From NCBI GenBank assembly GCA_964016885.1, contig OZ024755.1:41230001-41294000 (forward strand): a stretch of DNA of 64,000 nucleotides, read 5' to 3'. The position numbers were made by a program, and so were the translations under genes. Position 1 is the stretch's first letter. Every line of letters begins with the position of its first letter. Under the pieces are notes generated by a model. The model was not told the origin of the DNA. It worked only from the letters and a program-made list of their open reading frames with translations, and did not search any database. Origin of the DNA: Eledone cirrhosa (Eukaryota). Shown here one piece after another: positions 30,001 to 45,000 of the stretch.

Positions 30001-33000
30001 CCTGTCTGTCAGATTCCATGGTGATCCCTGTTCTCTATGTCCTGTCTGTCAGATTCGATGGTGATCCCTGTTCTCTATGTCCTGTCTTTCAGATTCGATG
30101 GTGATCCCTGTTCTCTATGTCCTGTCTGTCAGATTCGATGGTGATCCCTGTTCTCTACGTCCTGTCTGTCAGATTCGATGGTGATCCCTGTTCTCTATGT
30201 CCTGTCTGTCAGATTCGATGGTGATCCCTGTTCTCTACGTCCAGTCTGTCAGATTCGATGGTGATCCCTGTTCTCTATGTCCTGTCTGTCAGATTCGATG
30301 GTGAACCCTGTTCTCTACGTCCAGTCTGTCAGATTCCATGGTGATCCCTGTTCTCTATGTCCAGTCTGTCAGATTCGATGGTGATCCCTGTTCTCTACGT
30401 CCAGTCTGTCAGATTACATGGTGATCCCTGTTCTCTATGTCCAGTCTGTCAGATTCGATGGTGATCCCTGTTCTCTATGTCCTGTCTGTCAGATTCGATG
30501 GTGATCCCTGTTCTCTACGTCCAGTCTGTCAGATTCGATGGTGATCCCTGTTCTCTATGTCCTGTCTGTCAGATTCGATGGAGATCCCTGTTCTCTATGT
30601 CCTGTCTGTCAGATTCCATGGTGATCCCTGTTCTCTATGTCCTGTCTGTCAGATTCCATGGTGATCCCTGTTCTCTATGTCCTGTCTGTCAGATTCCATA
30701 GTGATCCCTGTTCTCTACGTCCAGCCTGTCAGATTCCATGGTGATCCCTGTTCTCTATGTCCTGTCTGTCGGATTCCATGGTGATCCCTGTTCTCTATGT
30801 CCTGTCTGTCAGATTCCATGGTGATCCCTGTTCTCTATGTCCTGTCTGTCACATTCCATGGTGATCCCTGTTCTCTATGTCCAGTCTGTCAGATTCCATG
30901 GTGATCCCTGTTCTCTACGTCCAGTCTGTCAGCTTCGATGGTGATCCCTGTTCTCTATGTCTTGTCTGTCAGATTCGATGGTGATCCCTGTTCTCTACGT
31001 CCAGTCTGTCAGATTCGATGGTGATCCCTGTTCTCTATGTCCTGTCTGTCAGATTCGATGGTGATCCCTGTTCTCTTCGTCCTGTCTGTCAGATTCGATG
31101 GTGATCCCTGTTCTCTATGTCCTGTCTGTCAGATTCGATGTTGATCCCTGTTCTCTATGTCCTGTCTGTCAGATTCCATGGTGATCCCTGTTCTCTATGT
31201 CCTGTCTGTCAGATTCGATGGTGATCCCTGTTCTCTATGTCCTGTCTGTCAGATTCGATGGTGATCCCTGTTCTCTATGTCCTGTCTGTCAGATTCCATG
31301 GTGATCCCTGTTCTCTATGTCCTGTCTGTCAGATTCGATGGTGATCCCTGTTCTCTACGTCCAGTCTGTCAGATTCGATGGTGATCCCTGTTCTCTATGT
31401 CCTGTCTGTCAGATTCCATGGTATTCCCTGTTCTCTATGTCCTGTCTGTCAGATTCGATGGTGATCCCTGTTCTCTATGTCCTGTCTTTCAGATTCGATG
31501 GTGATCCCTGTTCTCTATGTCCTGTCTGTCAGATTCGATGGTGATCCCTGTTCTCTACGTCCTGTCTGTCAGATTCGATGGTGATCCCTGTTCTCTATGT
31601 CCTGTCTGTCAGATTCGATGGTGATCCCTGTTCTCTACGTCCAGTCTGTCAGATTCGATGGTGATCCCTGTTCTCTATGTCCTGTCTGTCAGATTCGATG
31701 GTGAACCCTGTTCTCTACGTCCAGTCTGTCAGATTCCATGGTGATCCCTGTTCTCTATGTCCAGTCTGTCAGATTCGATGGTGATCCCTGTTCTCTACGT
31801 CCAGTCTGTCAGATTCCATGGTGATCCCTGTTCTCTATGTCCAGTCTGTCAGATTCGATGGTGATCCCTGTTCTCTATGTCCTGTCTGTCAGATTCCATG
31901 GTGATCCCTGTTCTCTATGTCCTGTCTGTCAGATTCGATGGTGATCCCTGTTCTCTATGTCCTGTCTGTCAGATTCGATGGTGATCCCTGTTCTCTATGT
32001 CCTGTCTGTCAGATTCCATGGTGATCCCTGTTCTCTACGTCCAGTCTGTCAGATTCCATGGTGATCCCTGTTCTCTATGTCCAGTCTGTCAGATTCCATG
32101 GTGATCCCTGTTCTCTATGTCCTGTCTGTCAGATTCGATGGTGATCCCTGTTCTCTACGTCCTGTCTGTCAGATTCGATGGTGATCCCTGTTCTCTACGT
32201 CCAGTCTGTCAGATTCCATGGTGATCCCTGTTCTCTATGTCCAGTCTGTCAGATTCCATGGTGATCCCTGTTCTCTATGTCCTGTCTGTCAGATTCGATG
32301 GTGATCCCTGTTCTCTTCGTCCTGTCTGTCAGATTCAATGGTGATCCCTGTTCTCTATGTCCTGTCTGTCAGATTCGATGGTGATCCCTGTTCTCTATGT
32401 CCTGTCTGTCAGATTCCATGGTGATCCCTGTTCTCTATGTCCTGTCTGTCAGATTCCATGGTGATCCCTGTTCTCTATGTCCTGTCTGTCAGATTCGATG
32501 GTGATCCCTGTTCTCTATGTCCTGTCTTTCAGATTCGATGGTGATCCCTGTTCTCTATGTCCTGTCTGTCAGATTCGATGGTGATCCCTGTTCTCTACGT
32601 CCTGTCTGTCAGATTCGATGGTGATCCCTGTTCTCTATGTCCTGTCTGTCAGATTCGATGGTGATCCCTGTTCTCTACGTCCAGTCTGTCAGATTCGATG
32701 GTGATCCCTGTTCTCTATGTCCTGTCTGTCAGATTCGATGGTGATCCCTGTTCTCTACGTCCAGTCTGTCAGATTCCATGGTGATCCCTGTTCTCTATGT
32801 CCAGTCTGTCAGATTCGATGGTGATCCCTGTTCTCTACGTCCAGTCTGTCAGATTCCATGGTGATCCCTGTTCTCTACGTCCAGTCTGTCAGATTCGATG
32901 GTGATCCCTGTTCGCTATGTCCTGTCTGTCAGATTCGATGGTGATCCCTGTTCTCTATGTCCTGTCTGTCAGATTCGATGGTGATCCCTGTTCTCTACGT

Positions 33001-36000
33001 CCAGTCTGTCAGATTCGATGGTGATCCCTGTTCTCTATGTCCTGTCTGTCAGATTCGATGGTGATCCCTGTTCTCTACGTCCAGTCTGTCAGATTCCATG
33101 GTGATCCCTGTTATCTATGTCCAGTCTGTCAGATTCCATGGTGATCCCTGTTCTCTACGTCCTGTCTGTCAGATTCGATGGTGATCCCTGTTCTCTACGT
33201 CCAGTCTGTCAGATTCCATGGTGATCCCTGTTCTCTATGTCCAGTCTGTCAGATTCCATGGTGATCCCTGTTCTCTATGTCCTGTCTGTCAGATTCGATG
33301 GTGATCCCTGTTCTCTAAGTCCTGTCTGTCAGATTCGATGGTGATCCCTGTTCTCTACGTCCAGTCTGTCAGATTCCATGGTGATCCCTGTTCTCTATGT
33401 CCAGTCTGTCAGATTCCATGGTGATCCCTGTTCTCTACGTCCTGTCTGTCAGATTCGATGGTGATCCCTGTTCACTACGTCCAGTCTGTCAGATTCCATG
33501 GTGATCCCTGTTCTCTATGTCCTGTCTGTCAGATTCCATGGTGATCCCTGTTCTCTATGTCCAGTCTGTCAGATTCCATGGTGATCCCTGTTCTCTACGT
33601 CCAGTCTGTCAGATTCCATGGTGATCCCTGTTCTCTATGTCCTGTCTGTCAGATTCCATGGTGATCCCTGTTCTCTATGTCCAGTCTGTCAGATTCCATG
33701 GTGATCCCTGTTCTCTACGTCCAGTCTGTCAGATTCCATGGTGATTCCTGTTCTCTATGTCCAGTCTGTCAGATTCGATGGTGATCCCTGTTCTCTATGT
33801 CCTGTCTGTCAGATTCGATGGTGATCCCTGTTCTCTACGTCCTGTCTGTCAGATTCGATGGTGATCCCTGTTCTCTAGGTCCAGTCTGTCAGATTCCATG
33901 GTGATCCCTGTTCTCTATGTCCAGTCTGTCAGATTCGATGGTGATCCCTGTTCTCTAAGTCCTGTCTGTCAGATTCCATGGTGATCCCTGTTCTCTATGT
34001 CCTGTCTGTCAGATTCGATGGTGATCCCTGTTCTCTACGTCCAGTCTGTCAGATTCGATGGTGATCCCTGTTCTCTATGTCCTGTCTGTCAGATTCGATG
34101 GTGATCCCTGTTCTCTACGTCCAGTCTGTCAGATTCCATGGTGATCCCTGTTCTCTATGTCCTGTCTGTCCGATTCGATGGTGATCCCTGTTCTCTACGT
34201 CCAGTCTGTCAGATTCGATGGTGATCCCTGTTCTCTACGTCCAGTCTGTCAGATTCGATGGTGATCCCTGTTCTCTATGTCCAGTCTGTCAGATTCCATG
34301 GTGATCCCTGTTCTCTATGTCCTGTCTGTCCGATTCGATGGTGATCCCTGTTCTCTACGTCCAGTCTGTCAGATTCGATGGTGATCCCTGTTCTCTACGT
34401 CCAGTCTGTCAGATTCGATGGTGATCCCTGTTCTCTATGTCCAGTCTGTCAGATTCCATGGTGATCCCTGTTCTCTATGTCCTGTCTGTCAGATTCCATG
34501 GTGATCCCTGTTCTCTATGTCCTGTCTGTCGGATTCCATGGTGATCCCTGTTCTCTATGTCCTGTCTGTCAGATTCCATGGTGATCCCTGTTCTCTATGT
34601 CCTGTCTGTCACATTCCATGGTGATCCCTGTTCTCTATGTCCAGTCTGTCAGATTCCATGGTGATCCCTGTTCTCTACGTCCAGTCTGTCAGCTTCGATG
34701 GTGATCCCTGTTCTCTATGTCTTGTCTGTCAGATTCGATGGTGATCCCTGTTCTCTACGTCCAGTCTGTCAGATTCGATGGTGATCCCTGTTCTCTATGT
34801 CCTGTCTGTCAGATTCGATGGTGATCCCTGTTCTCTTCGTCCTGTCTGTCAGATTCGATGGTGATCCCTGTTCTCTATGTCCTGTCTGTCAGATTCGATG
34901 TTGATCCCTGTTCTCTATGTCCTGTCTGTCAGATTCCATGGTGATCCCTGTTCTCTATGTCCTGTCTGTCAGATTCGATGGTGATCCCTGTTCTCTATGT
35001 CCTGTCTGTCAGATTCGATGGTGATCCCTGTTCTCTATGTCCTGTCTGTCAGATTCCATGGTGATCCCTGTTCTCTATGTCCTGTCTGTCAGATTCGATG
35101 GTGATCCCTGTTCTCTACGTCCAGTCTGTCAGATTCGATGGTGATCCCTGTTCTCTATGTCCTGTCTGTCAGATTCCATGGTATTCCCTGTTCTCTATGT
35201 CCTGTCTGTCAGATTCGATGGTGATCCCTGTTCTCTATGTCCTGTCTTTCAGATTCGATGGTGATCCCTGTTCTCTATGTCCTGTCTGTCAGATTCGATG
35301 GTGATCCCTGTTCTCTACGTCCTGTCTGTCAGATTCGATGGTGATCCCTGTTCTCTATGTCCTGTCTGTCAGATTCGATGGTGATCCCTGTTCTCTACGT
35401 CCAGTCTGTCAGATTCGATGGTGATCCCTGTTCTCTATGTCCTGTCTGTCAGATTCGATGGTGAACCCTGTTCTCTACGTCCAGTCTGTCAGATTCCATG
35501 GTGATCCCTGTTCTCTATGTCCAGTCTGTCAGATTCGATGGTGATCCCTGTTCTCTACGTCCAGTCTGTCAGATTCCATGGTGATCCCTGTTCTCTATGT
35601 CCAGTCTGTCAGATTCGATGGTGATCCCTGTTCTCTATGTCCTGTCTGTCAGATTCCATGGTGATCCCTGTTCTCTATGTCCTGTCTGTCAGATTCGATG
35701 GTGATCCCTGTTCTCTATGTCCTGTCTGTCAGATTCGATGGTGATCCCTGTTCTCTATGTCCTGTCTGTCAGATTCCATGGTGATCCCTGTTCTCTACGT
35801 CCAGTCTGTCAGATTCCATGGTGATCCCTGTTCTCTATGTCCAGTCTGTCAGATTCCATGGTGATCCCTGTTCTCTATGTCCTGTCTGTCAGATTCGATG
35901 GTGATCCCTGTTCTCTACGTCCTGTCTGTCAGATTCGATGGTGATCCCTGTTCTCTACGTCCAGTCTGTCAGATTCCATGGTGATCCCTGTTCTCTATGT

Positions 36001-39000
36001 CCAGTCTGTCAGATTCCATGGTGATCCCTGTTCTCTATGTCCTGTCTGTCAGATTCGATGGTGATCCCTGTTCTCTTCGTCCTGTCTGTCAGATTCAATG
36101 GTGATCCCTGTTCTCTATGTCCTGTCTGTCAGATTCGATGGTGATCCCTGTTCTCTATGTCCTGTCTGTCAGATTCCATGGTGATCCCTGTTCTCTATGT
36201 CCTGTCTGTCAGATTCCATGGTGATCCCTGTTCTCTATGTCCTGTCTGTCAGATTCGATGGTGATCCCTGTTCTCTATGTCCTGTCTTTCAGATTCGATG
36301 GTGATCCCTGTTCTCTATGTCCTGTCTGTCAGATTCGATGGTGATCCCTGTTCTCTACGTCCTGTCTGTCAGATTCGATGGTGATCCCTGTTCTCTATGT
36401 CCTGTCTGTCAGATTCGATGGTGATCCCTGTTCTCTACGTCCAGTCTGTCAGATTCGATGGTGATCCCTGTTCTCTATGTCCTGTCTGTCAGATTCGATG
36501 GTGATCCCTGTTCTCTACGTCCAGTCTGTCAGATTCCATGGTGATCCCTGTTCTCTATGTCCAGTCTGTCAGATTCGATGGTGATCCCTGTTCTCTACGT
36601 CCAGTCTGTCAGATTCCATGGTGATCCCTGTTCTCTACGTCCAGTCTGTCAGATTCGATGGTGATCCCTGTTCGCTATGTCCTGTCTGTCAGATTCGATG
36701 GTGATCCCTGTTCTCTATGTCCTGTCTGTCAGATTCGATGGTGATCCCTGTTCTCTACGTCCAGTCTGTCAGATTCGATGGTGATCCCTGTTCTCTATGT
36801 CCTGTCTGTCAGATTCGATGGTGATCCCTGTTCTCTACGTCCAGTCTGTCAGATTCCATGGTGATCCCTGTTATCTATGTCCAGTCTGTCAGATTCCATG
36901 GTGATCCCTGTTCTCTACGTCCTGTCTGTCAGATTCGATGGTGATCCCTGTTCTCTACGTCCAGTCTGTCAGATTCCATGGTGATCCCTGTTCTCTATGT
37001 CCAGTCTGTCAGATTCCATGGTGATCCCTGTTCTCTATGTCCTGTCTGTCAGATTCGATGGTGATCCCTGTTCTCTAAGTCCTGTCTGTCAGATTCGATG
37101 GTGATCCCTGTTCTCTACGTCCAGTCTGTCAGATTCCATGGTGATCCCTGTTCTCTATGTCCAGTCTGTCAGATTCCATGGTGATCCCTGTTCTCTACGT
37201 CCTGTCTGTCAGATTCGATGGTGATCCCTGTTCACTACGTCCAGTCTGTCAGATTCCATGGTGATCCCTGTTCTCTATGTCCTGTCTGTCAGATTCCATG
37301 GTGATCCCTGTTCTCTATGTCCAGTCTGTCAGATTCCATGGTGATCCCTGTTCTCTACGTCCAGTCTGTCAGATTCCATGGTGATCCCTGTTCTCTATGT
37401 CCTGTCTGTCAGATTCCATGGTGATCCCTGTTCTCTATGTCCAGTCTGTCAGATTCCATGGTGATCCCTGTTCTCTACGTCCAGTCTGTCAGATTCCATG
37501 GTGATTCCTGTTCTCTATGTCCAGTCTGTCAGATTCGATGGTGATCCCTGTTCTCTATGTCCTGTCTGTCAGATTCGATGGTGATCCCTGTTCTCTACGT
37601 CCTGTCTGTCAGATTCGATGGTGATCCCTGTTCTCTAGGTCCAGTCTGTCAGATTCCATGGTGATCCCTGTTCTCTATGTCCAGTCTGTCAGATTCGATG
37701 GTGATCCCTGTTCTCTAAGTCCTGTCTGTCAGATTCCATGGTGATCCCTGTTCTCTATGTCCTGTCTGTCAGATTCGATGGTGATCCCTGTTCTCTACGT
37801 CCAGTCTGTCAGATTCGATGGTGATCCCTGTTCTCTATGTCCTGTCTGTCAGATTCGATGGTGATCCCTGTTCTCTACGTCCAGTCTGTCAGATTCCATG
37901 GTGATCCCTGTTCTCTATGTCCTGTCTGTCCGATTCGATGGTGATCCCTGTTCTCTACGTCCAGTCTGTCAGATTCGATGGTGATCCCTGTTCTCTACGT
38001 CCAGTCTGTCAGATTCGATGGTGATCCCTGTTCTCTATGTCCAGTCTGTCAGATTCCATGGTGATCCCTGTTCTCTATGTCCTGTCTGTCAGATTCCATG
38101 GTGAACCCTGTTCTCTATGTCCAGTCTGTCAGATTCCACGGTGATCGCTGTTCTCTACGTTCAGTCTGTCAGATTCCATGGTGATCCCTGTTCTCTATGT
38201 CCTGTCTGTCAGATTCCATGGTGATCCCTGTTTTCTATGTCCAGTCTGTCAGATTCCATGGTGATCCCTGTTCTCTATGTCCAGTCTGTCAGATTCCATG
38301 GTGATCCCTGTTCTCTATGTCCAGTCTGTCAGATTCCATGGTGATCCCTGTTCTCTATGTTTTATCTGTCACATTCCATGGTGATCCCTATTCTCTATGG
38401 CCAGTCTGTCAGATTCCATGGTGATCCCTGTTCTCTATGTCCGGTCTGTCAGATTCCATGGTGATCCCTGTTCTCTACGTCCAGTCTGTCAGATTCCATG
38501 GTGATCCCTGTTCTCTATGTCCTGTCTGTCACATTCCATGGTGATCCCTGTTCTCTATGTCCAGTCTGTCACATTCCATGGTGATCCCTGTTCTCTATGT
38601 CCTGTCTGTCACATTCCATGGTGATCCCTGTTCTCTATGTCCAGTCTGTCAGATTCCATGGTGATCCCTGTTCTCTATGTCCAGTCTGTCAGATTCCATG
38701 GTGATCCCTGTTCTCTATGTCCAGTCTGTCAGATTCCATGGTGATCCCTGTTCTCTATGTCAAGTCTGTCAGATTCCATGGTGATCCCTGTTCTCTATGT
38801 CCAGTCGGTCAGATTCCATGGTGATCCCTGTTATCTATCTCCAGTCTGTCAGATTCCATGGTGATCCCTGTTCTCTATCTCCAGTCTGTTAGATTCCATG
38901 GTGATCCCTGTTCTCTATGTCCAGTCTGTCAGATTCCATGGTGATCCCTGTTCTCTATGTCCAGTCTGTCAGATTCCATGGTGATCCCTGTTCTCTATGT

Positions 39001-42000
39001 CCAGTCTGTCAGATTCCATGGTGATCCCTGTTCTCTATGTCCTGTCTGTCAGATTCCATGGTGATCCCTGTTCTCTATGTCCTGTCTGGCAGTTTCCATG
39101 GTGATCCCTGTTCTCTATGTCCAGACTGTCAGATTCCATGGTGATCCCTGTTCTCTATGTCCAGTCTGTCAGATTCCATGGTGATCCCTGTTCTCTATGT
39201 CCAGTCTGTCAGATTCCATGGTGATCCCTGTTCTCTATGTCCAGTCTGTCAGATTCCATGGTGATCCCTGTTCTCTATGTCCAGTCTGTCAGATTCCATG
39301 GTGATCCCTGTTCTCTATGTCCAGTCTGTCAGATTCCATGGTGATCCCTGTTCTCTATGTCCAGTCTGTCAGATTCCATGGTGATCCCTGTTCTCTATGT
39401 CCAGTCTGTCAGATTCCATGGTGATCCCTGTTCTCTACGTCCAGTCTGTCAGATTCCATGGTGATCCCTGTTCTCTATGTCCTGTCTGTCAGATTCCATG
39501 GTGATCGCTGTTCTCTATGTCCAGTCTGTCAGATTCCATGGTGATCCCTGTTCTCTATGTCCAGTCTGTCAGATTCCATGGTGATCCCTGTTCTCTATGC
39601 CCTGTCTGTCACATTCCATGGTGATCCCTATTCTCTATGGCCAGTCTGTCAGATTCCATGGTGATCCCTGTTCTCTACGTCCAGTCTGTCAGATTCCATG
39701 GTGATCCCTGTTCTCTATGTCCAGTGTGTCAGATTCCATTGTGATCCCTGTTCTCTATGTCCAGTCTGTCAGATTCCATGGTGATCCCTGTTCTCTATGT
39801 CCAGTCTGTCAGATTCCATGGTGATCCCTGTTCTCTATGTCCAGCCTGTCAGATTCCATGGTGATCCCTGTTCTCTATGTCCAGTCTGTCAGATTCCATG
39901 GTGATCCCTGTTCTCTACGTCCAGTCTGTCAGTTTCCATGGTGATCCCTGTTCTCTATGTCCAGTCTGCTCAGATTCCATGGTGATCCCTGTTCTCTATG
40001 TCCAGCCTGTCAGATTCCAATGGTGATCCCTGTTCTCTACGTCCAGCCTGTCAGATTCCATGGTGATCCCTGTTCTCTATGTCCAGTCTGTTAGATTCCA
40101 TGGTGATCCCTGTTCTCTATCTCCAGTCTGTCAGATTCCATGGTGATCCCTGTTCTCCATGTCCAGTCTGTTAGATTCCATGGTGATCCCTGTTCTCTAT
40201 GTCCAGTCTGTTAGATTCCATGGTGATCCATGTTCTCTATGTCCAGTCTGTCAGATTCCATGGTGATCCCTGTTCTCCATGTCCAGTCTGTTAGATTCCA
40301 TGGTGATCCCTGTTCTCTATGTCCAGTCTGTCAGATTCCATGGTGATCCCTGTTCTCCATGTTCAGTCTGTCAGATTCCATGGTGATCCCTGTTCTCTAT
40401 GTCCAGTCTGTTAGATTCCATGGTGATCCCTGTTCTCTATGTCCAGTCTGTTAGATTCCATGGTGATCCCTGTTCTCTATGTCCAGTCTGTCAGATTCCA
40501 CGGTGATCGCTGTTCTCTACGTTCAGTCTGTCAGATTCCATGGTGATCCCTGTTCTCTATGTCCTGTCTGTCAGATTCCATGGTGATCCCTGTTTTCTAT
40601 GTCCAGTCTGTCAGATTCCATGGTGATCCCTGTTCTCTATGTCCAGTCTGTCAGATTCCATGGTGATCCCTGTTCTCTATGTCCAGTCTGTCAGATTCCA
40701 TGTTGATCCCTGTTCTCTATGTTCTATCTGTCACATTCCATGGTGATCCCTATTCTCTATGGCCAGTCTGTCAGATTCCATGGTGATCCCTGTTCTCTAT
40801 GTCCGGTCTGTCAGATTCCATGGTGATCCCTGTTCTCTACGTCCAGTCTGTCAGATTCCATGGTGATCCCTGTTCTCTATGTCCTGTCTGTCACATTCCA
40901 TGGTGATCCCTGTTCTCTATGTCCAGTCTGTCACATTCCATGGTGATCCCTGTTCTCTATGTCCTGTCTGTCACATTCCATGGTGATCCCTGTTCTCTAT
41001 GTCCAGTCTGTCAGATTCCATGGTGATCCCTGTTCTCTATGTCCAGTCTGTCAGATTCCATGGTGATCCCTGTTCTCTATGTCCAGTCTGTCAGATTCCA
41101 TGGTGATCCCTGTTCTCTATGTCCAGTCTGTCAGATTCCATGGTGATCCCTGTTCTCTATGTCCAGTCTGTCAGATTCCATGGTGATCCCTGTTATCTAT
41201 CTCCAGTCTGTCAGATTCCATGGTGATCCCTGTTCTCTATCTCCAGTCTGTTAGATTCCATGGTGATCCCTGTTCTCTATGGCCAGTCTGTCAGATTCCA
41301 TGGTGATCCCTGTTCTCTATGTCCAGTCTGTCAGATTCCATGGTGATCCCTGTTCTCTATGTCCAGTCTGTCAGATTCCATGGTGATCCCTGTTCTCTAT
41401 GTCCAGTCTGTCAGATTCCATGGTGATCCCTGTTCTCTATGTCCAGTCTGTCAGATTCCATGGTGATCGCTGTTCTCTATGTCCTGTCTGTCACATTCCA
41501 TGGTGATCCCTATTCTCTATGGCCAGTCTGTCAGATTCCATGGTGATCCCTGTTCTCTATGTCCAGTCTGTCAGATTCCATGGTGATCCCTGTTCTCTAT
41601 GTCCAGTCTGTCAGATTCCATGGTGATCCCTGTTCTCTATGTCCAGTCTGTCAGATTCCATGGTGATCCCTGTTCTCTATGTCCTGTCTGTCAGATTCCA
41701 TGGTGATCCCTGTTCTCTATGTCCTGTCTGGCAGTTTCCATGGTGATCCCTGTTCTCTATGTCCAGACTGTCAGATTCCATGGTGATCCCTGTTCTCTAT
41801 GTCCAGTCTGTCAGATTCTATGGTGATCCCTGTTCTCTATGTCCAGTCTGTCAGATTCCATGGTGATCCCTGTTCTCTATGTCCAGTCTGTCAGATTCCA
41901 TGGTGATCCCTGTTCTCTATGTCCAGTCTGTCAGATTCCATGGTGATCCCTGTTCTCTATGTCCAGTCTGTCAGATTCCATGGTGATCCCTGTTCTCTAT

Positions 42001-45000
42001 GTCCAGTCTGTCAGATTCCATGGTGATCCCTGTTCTCTATGTCCAGTCTGTCAGATTCCATGGTGATCCCTGTTCTCTACGTCCAGTCTGTCAGATTCCA
42101 TGGTGATCCCTGTTCTCTATGTCCTGTCTGTCAGATTCCATGGTGATCCCTGTTCTCTATGTCCAGTCTGTCAGATTCCATGGTGATCCCTGTTCTCTAT
42201 GTCCAGTCTGTCAGATTCCATGGTGATCCCTGTTCTCTATGCCCTGTCTGTCACATTCCATGGTGATCCCTATTCTCTATGGCCAGTCTGTCAGATTCCA
42301 TGGTGATCCCTGTTCTCTACGTCCAGTCTGTCAGATTCCATGGTGATCCCTGTTCTCTATGTCCAGTGTGTCAGATTCCATTGTGATCCCTGTTCTCTAT
42401 GTCCAGTCTGTCAGATTCCATGGTGATCCCTGTTCTCTATGTCCAGTCTGTCAGATTCCATGGTGATCCCTGTTCTCTATGTCCAGCCTGTCAGATTCCA
42501 TGGTGATCCCTGTTCTCTATGTCCAGTCTGTCAGATTCCATGGTGATCCCTGTTCTCTACGTCCAGTCTGTCAGTTTCCATGGTGATCCCTGTTCTCTAT
42601 GTCCAGTCTGCTCAGATTCCATGGTGATCCCTGTTCTCTATGTCCAGCCTGTCAGATTCCAATGGTGATCCCTGTTCTCTACGTCCAGCCTGTCAGATTC
42701 CATGGTGATCCCTGTTCTCTATGTCCAGTCTGTTAGATTCCATGGTGATCCCTGTTCTCTATCTCCAGTCTGTCAGATTCCATGGTGATCCCTGTTCTCC
42801 ATGTCCAGTCTGTTAGATTCCATGGTGATCCCTGTTCTCTATGTCCAGTCTGTTAGATTCCATGGTGATCCATGTTCTCTATGTCCAGTCTGTCAGATTC
42901 CATGGTGATCCCTGTTCTCCATGTCCAGTCTGTTAGATTCCATGGTGATCCCTGTTCTCTATGTCCAGTCTGTCAGATTCCATGGTGATCCCTGTTCTCC
43001 ATGTTCAGTCTGTCAGATTCCATGGTGATCCCTGTTCTCTATGTCCAGTCTGTTAGATTCCATGGTGATCCCTGTTCTCTATGTCCAGTCTGTTAGATTC
43101 CATGGTGATCCCTGTTCTCTATGTCCAGTCTGTTAGATTCCATGGTGATCCCTGTTCTCTATGTCCAGCCTGTCAGATTCCATGGTGATCCCTGTTCTCT
43201 ATGTCCAGCCTGTCAGATTCCATGGTGATTTCTGTTCTCTATGTCCTGCCTGTCACATTCCATGGTGATCCCTATTCTCTATGGCCAGTCTGTCAGATTC
43301 CATGGTGATCCCTGTTCTCTACGTCCAGTCTGTCAGATTCCATGGTGATCCCTGTTCTCTATGTCCAGTCTGTCAGATTCCATGGTGATCCCTGTTCTCT
43401 ATGTACTGTCTGTCACATTCCATGGTGATCCCTATTCTCTATGGCCAGCCTGTCAGATTCCATGGTGATCCCTGTTCTCTACGTCCAGCCTGTTAGATTC
43501 CATGGTGATCCCTGTTCTCTACGTCCAGTCTGTCAGATTCCATGGTGATCCCCGTTCTCTACGTCCAGCCTGTCAGATTCCATGGTGATCCCTGTTCTCT
43601 ATGTCCTGTCTGTCACATTCCATGGTGATCCCTATTCTCTATGTCCAGCCTGTCAGATTCCATGGTGATCTCTGTTCTCTATGTCCAGTCTGTCAGATTC
43701 CATGGTGATCCCTGTTCTCTATGTCCAGTCTGTTAGATTCCATGGTGATCCCTGTTCTCTATGTCCAGTCTGTTAGATTCCATGGTGATCCCTGTTCTCT
43801 ATGTCCAATCTGTCAGATTTCATGGTGATCCCTGTTCTCTACGTCCAGTCTGTCAGATTCCATGGTGATCCCTGTTCTCTATGTCCAGCCTGTCAGATTC
43901 CATGGTGATCCCTGTTCTCTACGTCCAGTCTGTCAGATTCCATGGTGAACCCTGTTCTCTATGTCCAGTCTGTTAGATTCCATGGTGATCCCTGTTCTCT
44001 ATGTCCAGCCTGTCAGATTCCATGGTGATCCCTGTTCTCTATGTCCAGCCTGTCAGATTCCATGGTGATCCCTGTTCTCTATGTCCAGCCTGTCACATTC
44101 CATGGTGATCCCTATTCTCTATGGCCAGTCTGTCAGATTCCATGGTGATCCCTGTTCTCTACGTCCAGTCTGTCAGATTCCATGGTGATCCCTGTTCTCT
44201 ATGTCCAGTCTGTCAGATTCCATGGTGATCCCTGTTCTCTACGTCCAGTCTGTCAGATTCCATGGTGATCCCTGTTCTCTATGTCCAGTCTGTCAGATTC
44301 CATGGTGATCCCTGTTCTCTATGTCCAGTCTGTCAGATTCTATGGTGATCCCTGTTCTCTATGTCCAGTCTGTCAAATTCCATGGTGATCCCTGTTCTCT
44401 ATGTCCAGCCTGTCTGATTCCATGGTGATCCCTGTTCTCTACGTCCAGCCTGTCAGAGTCCATGGTGATCCCTGTTCTCTATGTCCAGGCTGTTAGATTC
44501 CATGGTGATCCCTGTTCTCTACGTCCAGTCTGTTAGATTCCATGGTGATCTCTGTTCTCTACGTCCAGTCTGTTAGATTCCATGGTGATCTCTGTTCTCT
44601 ATGTCCAGTCTGTTAGATTCCATGGTGATCCCTGTTCTCTATGTCCAGTCTGTCACATTCCATGGTGATCCCTATTCTCTATGGCCAGCCTGTCAGATTC
44701 CATGGTGATCCCTGTTCTCTACGTCCAGCCTGTTAGATTCCATGGTGATCCCTGTTCTCTACGTCCAGTCTGTCAGATTCCATGGTGATCCCTGTTCTCT
44801 ATGTCCAGCCTGTCAGAATCCATGGTGATCCCTGTTCTCTATGTCCAGTCTGTCAGATTCCATGGTGATCCCTGTTCTCTATGTCCAGTCTGTCAGATTC
44901 CATGGTGATCCCTGTTCTCCACGTCCAGTCTGTCAGATTCAATGGTGATCCCTGTTCTCTATGTCCAGCCTGTCAGATTCAATGGTGATCCCTGTTCTCT

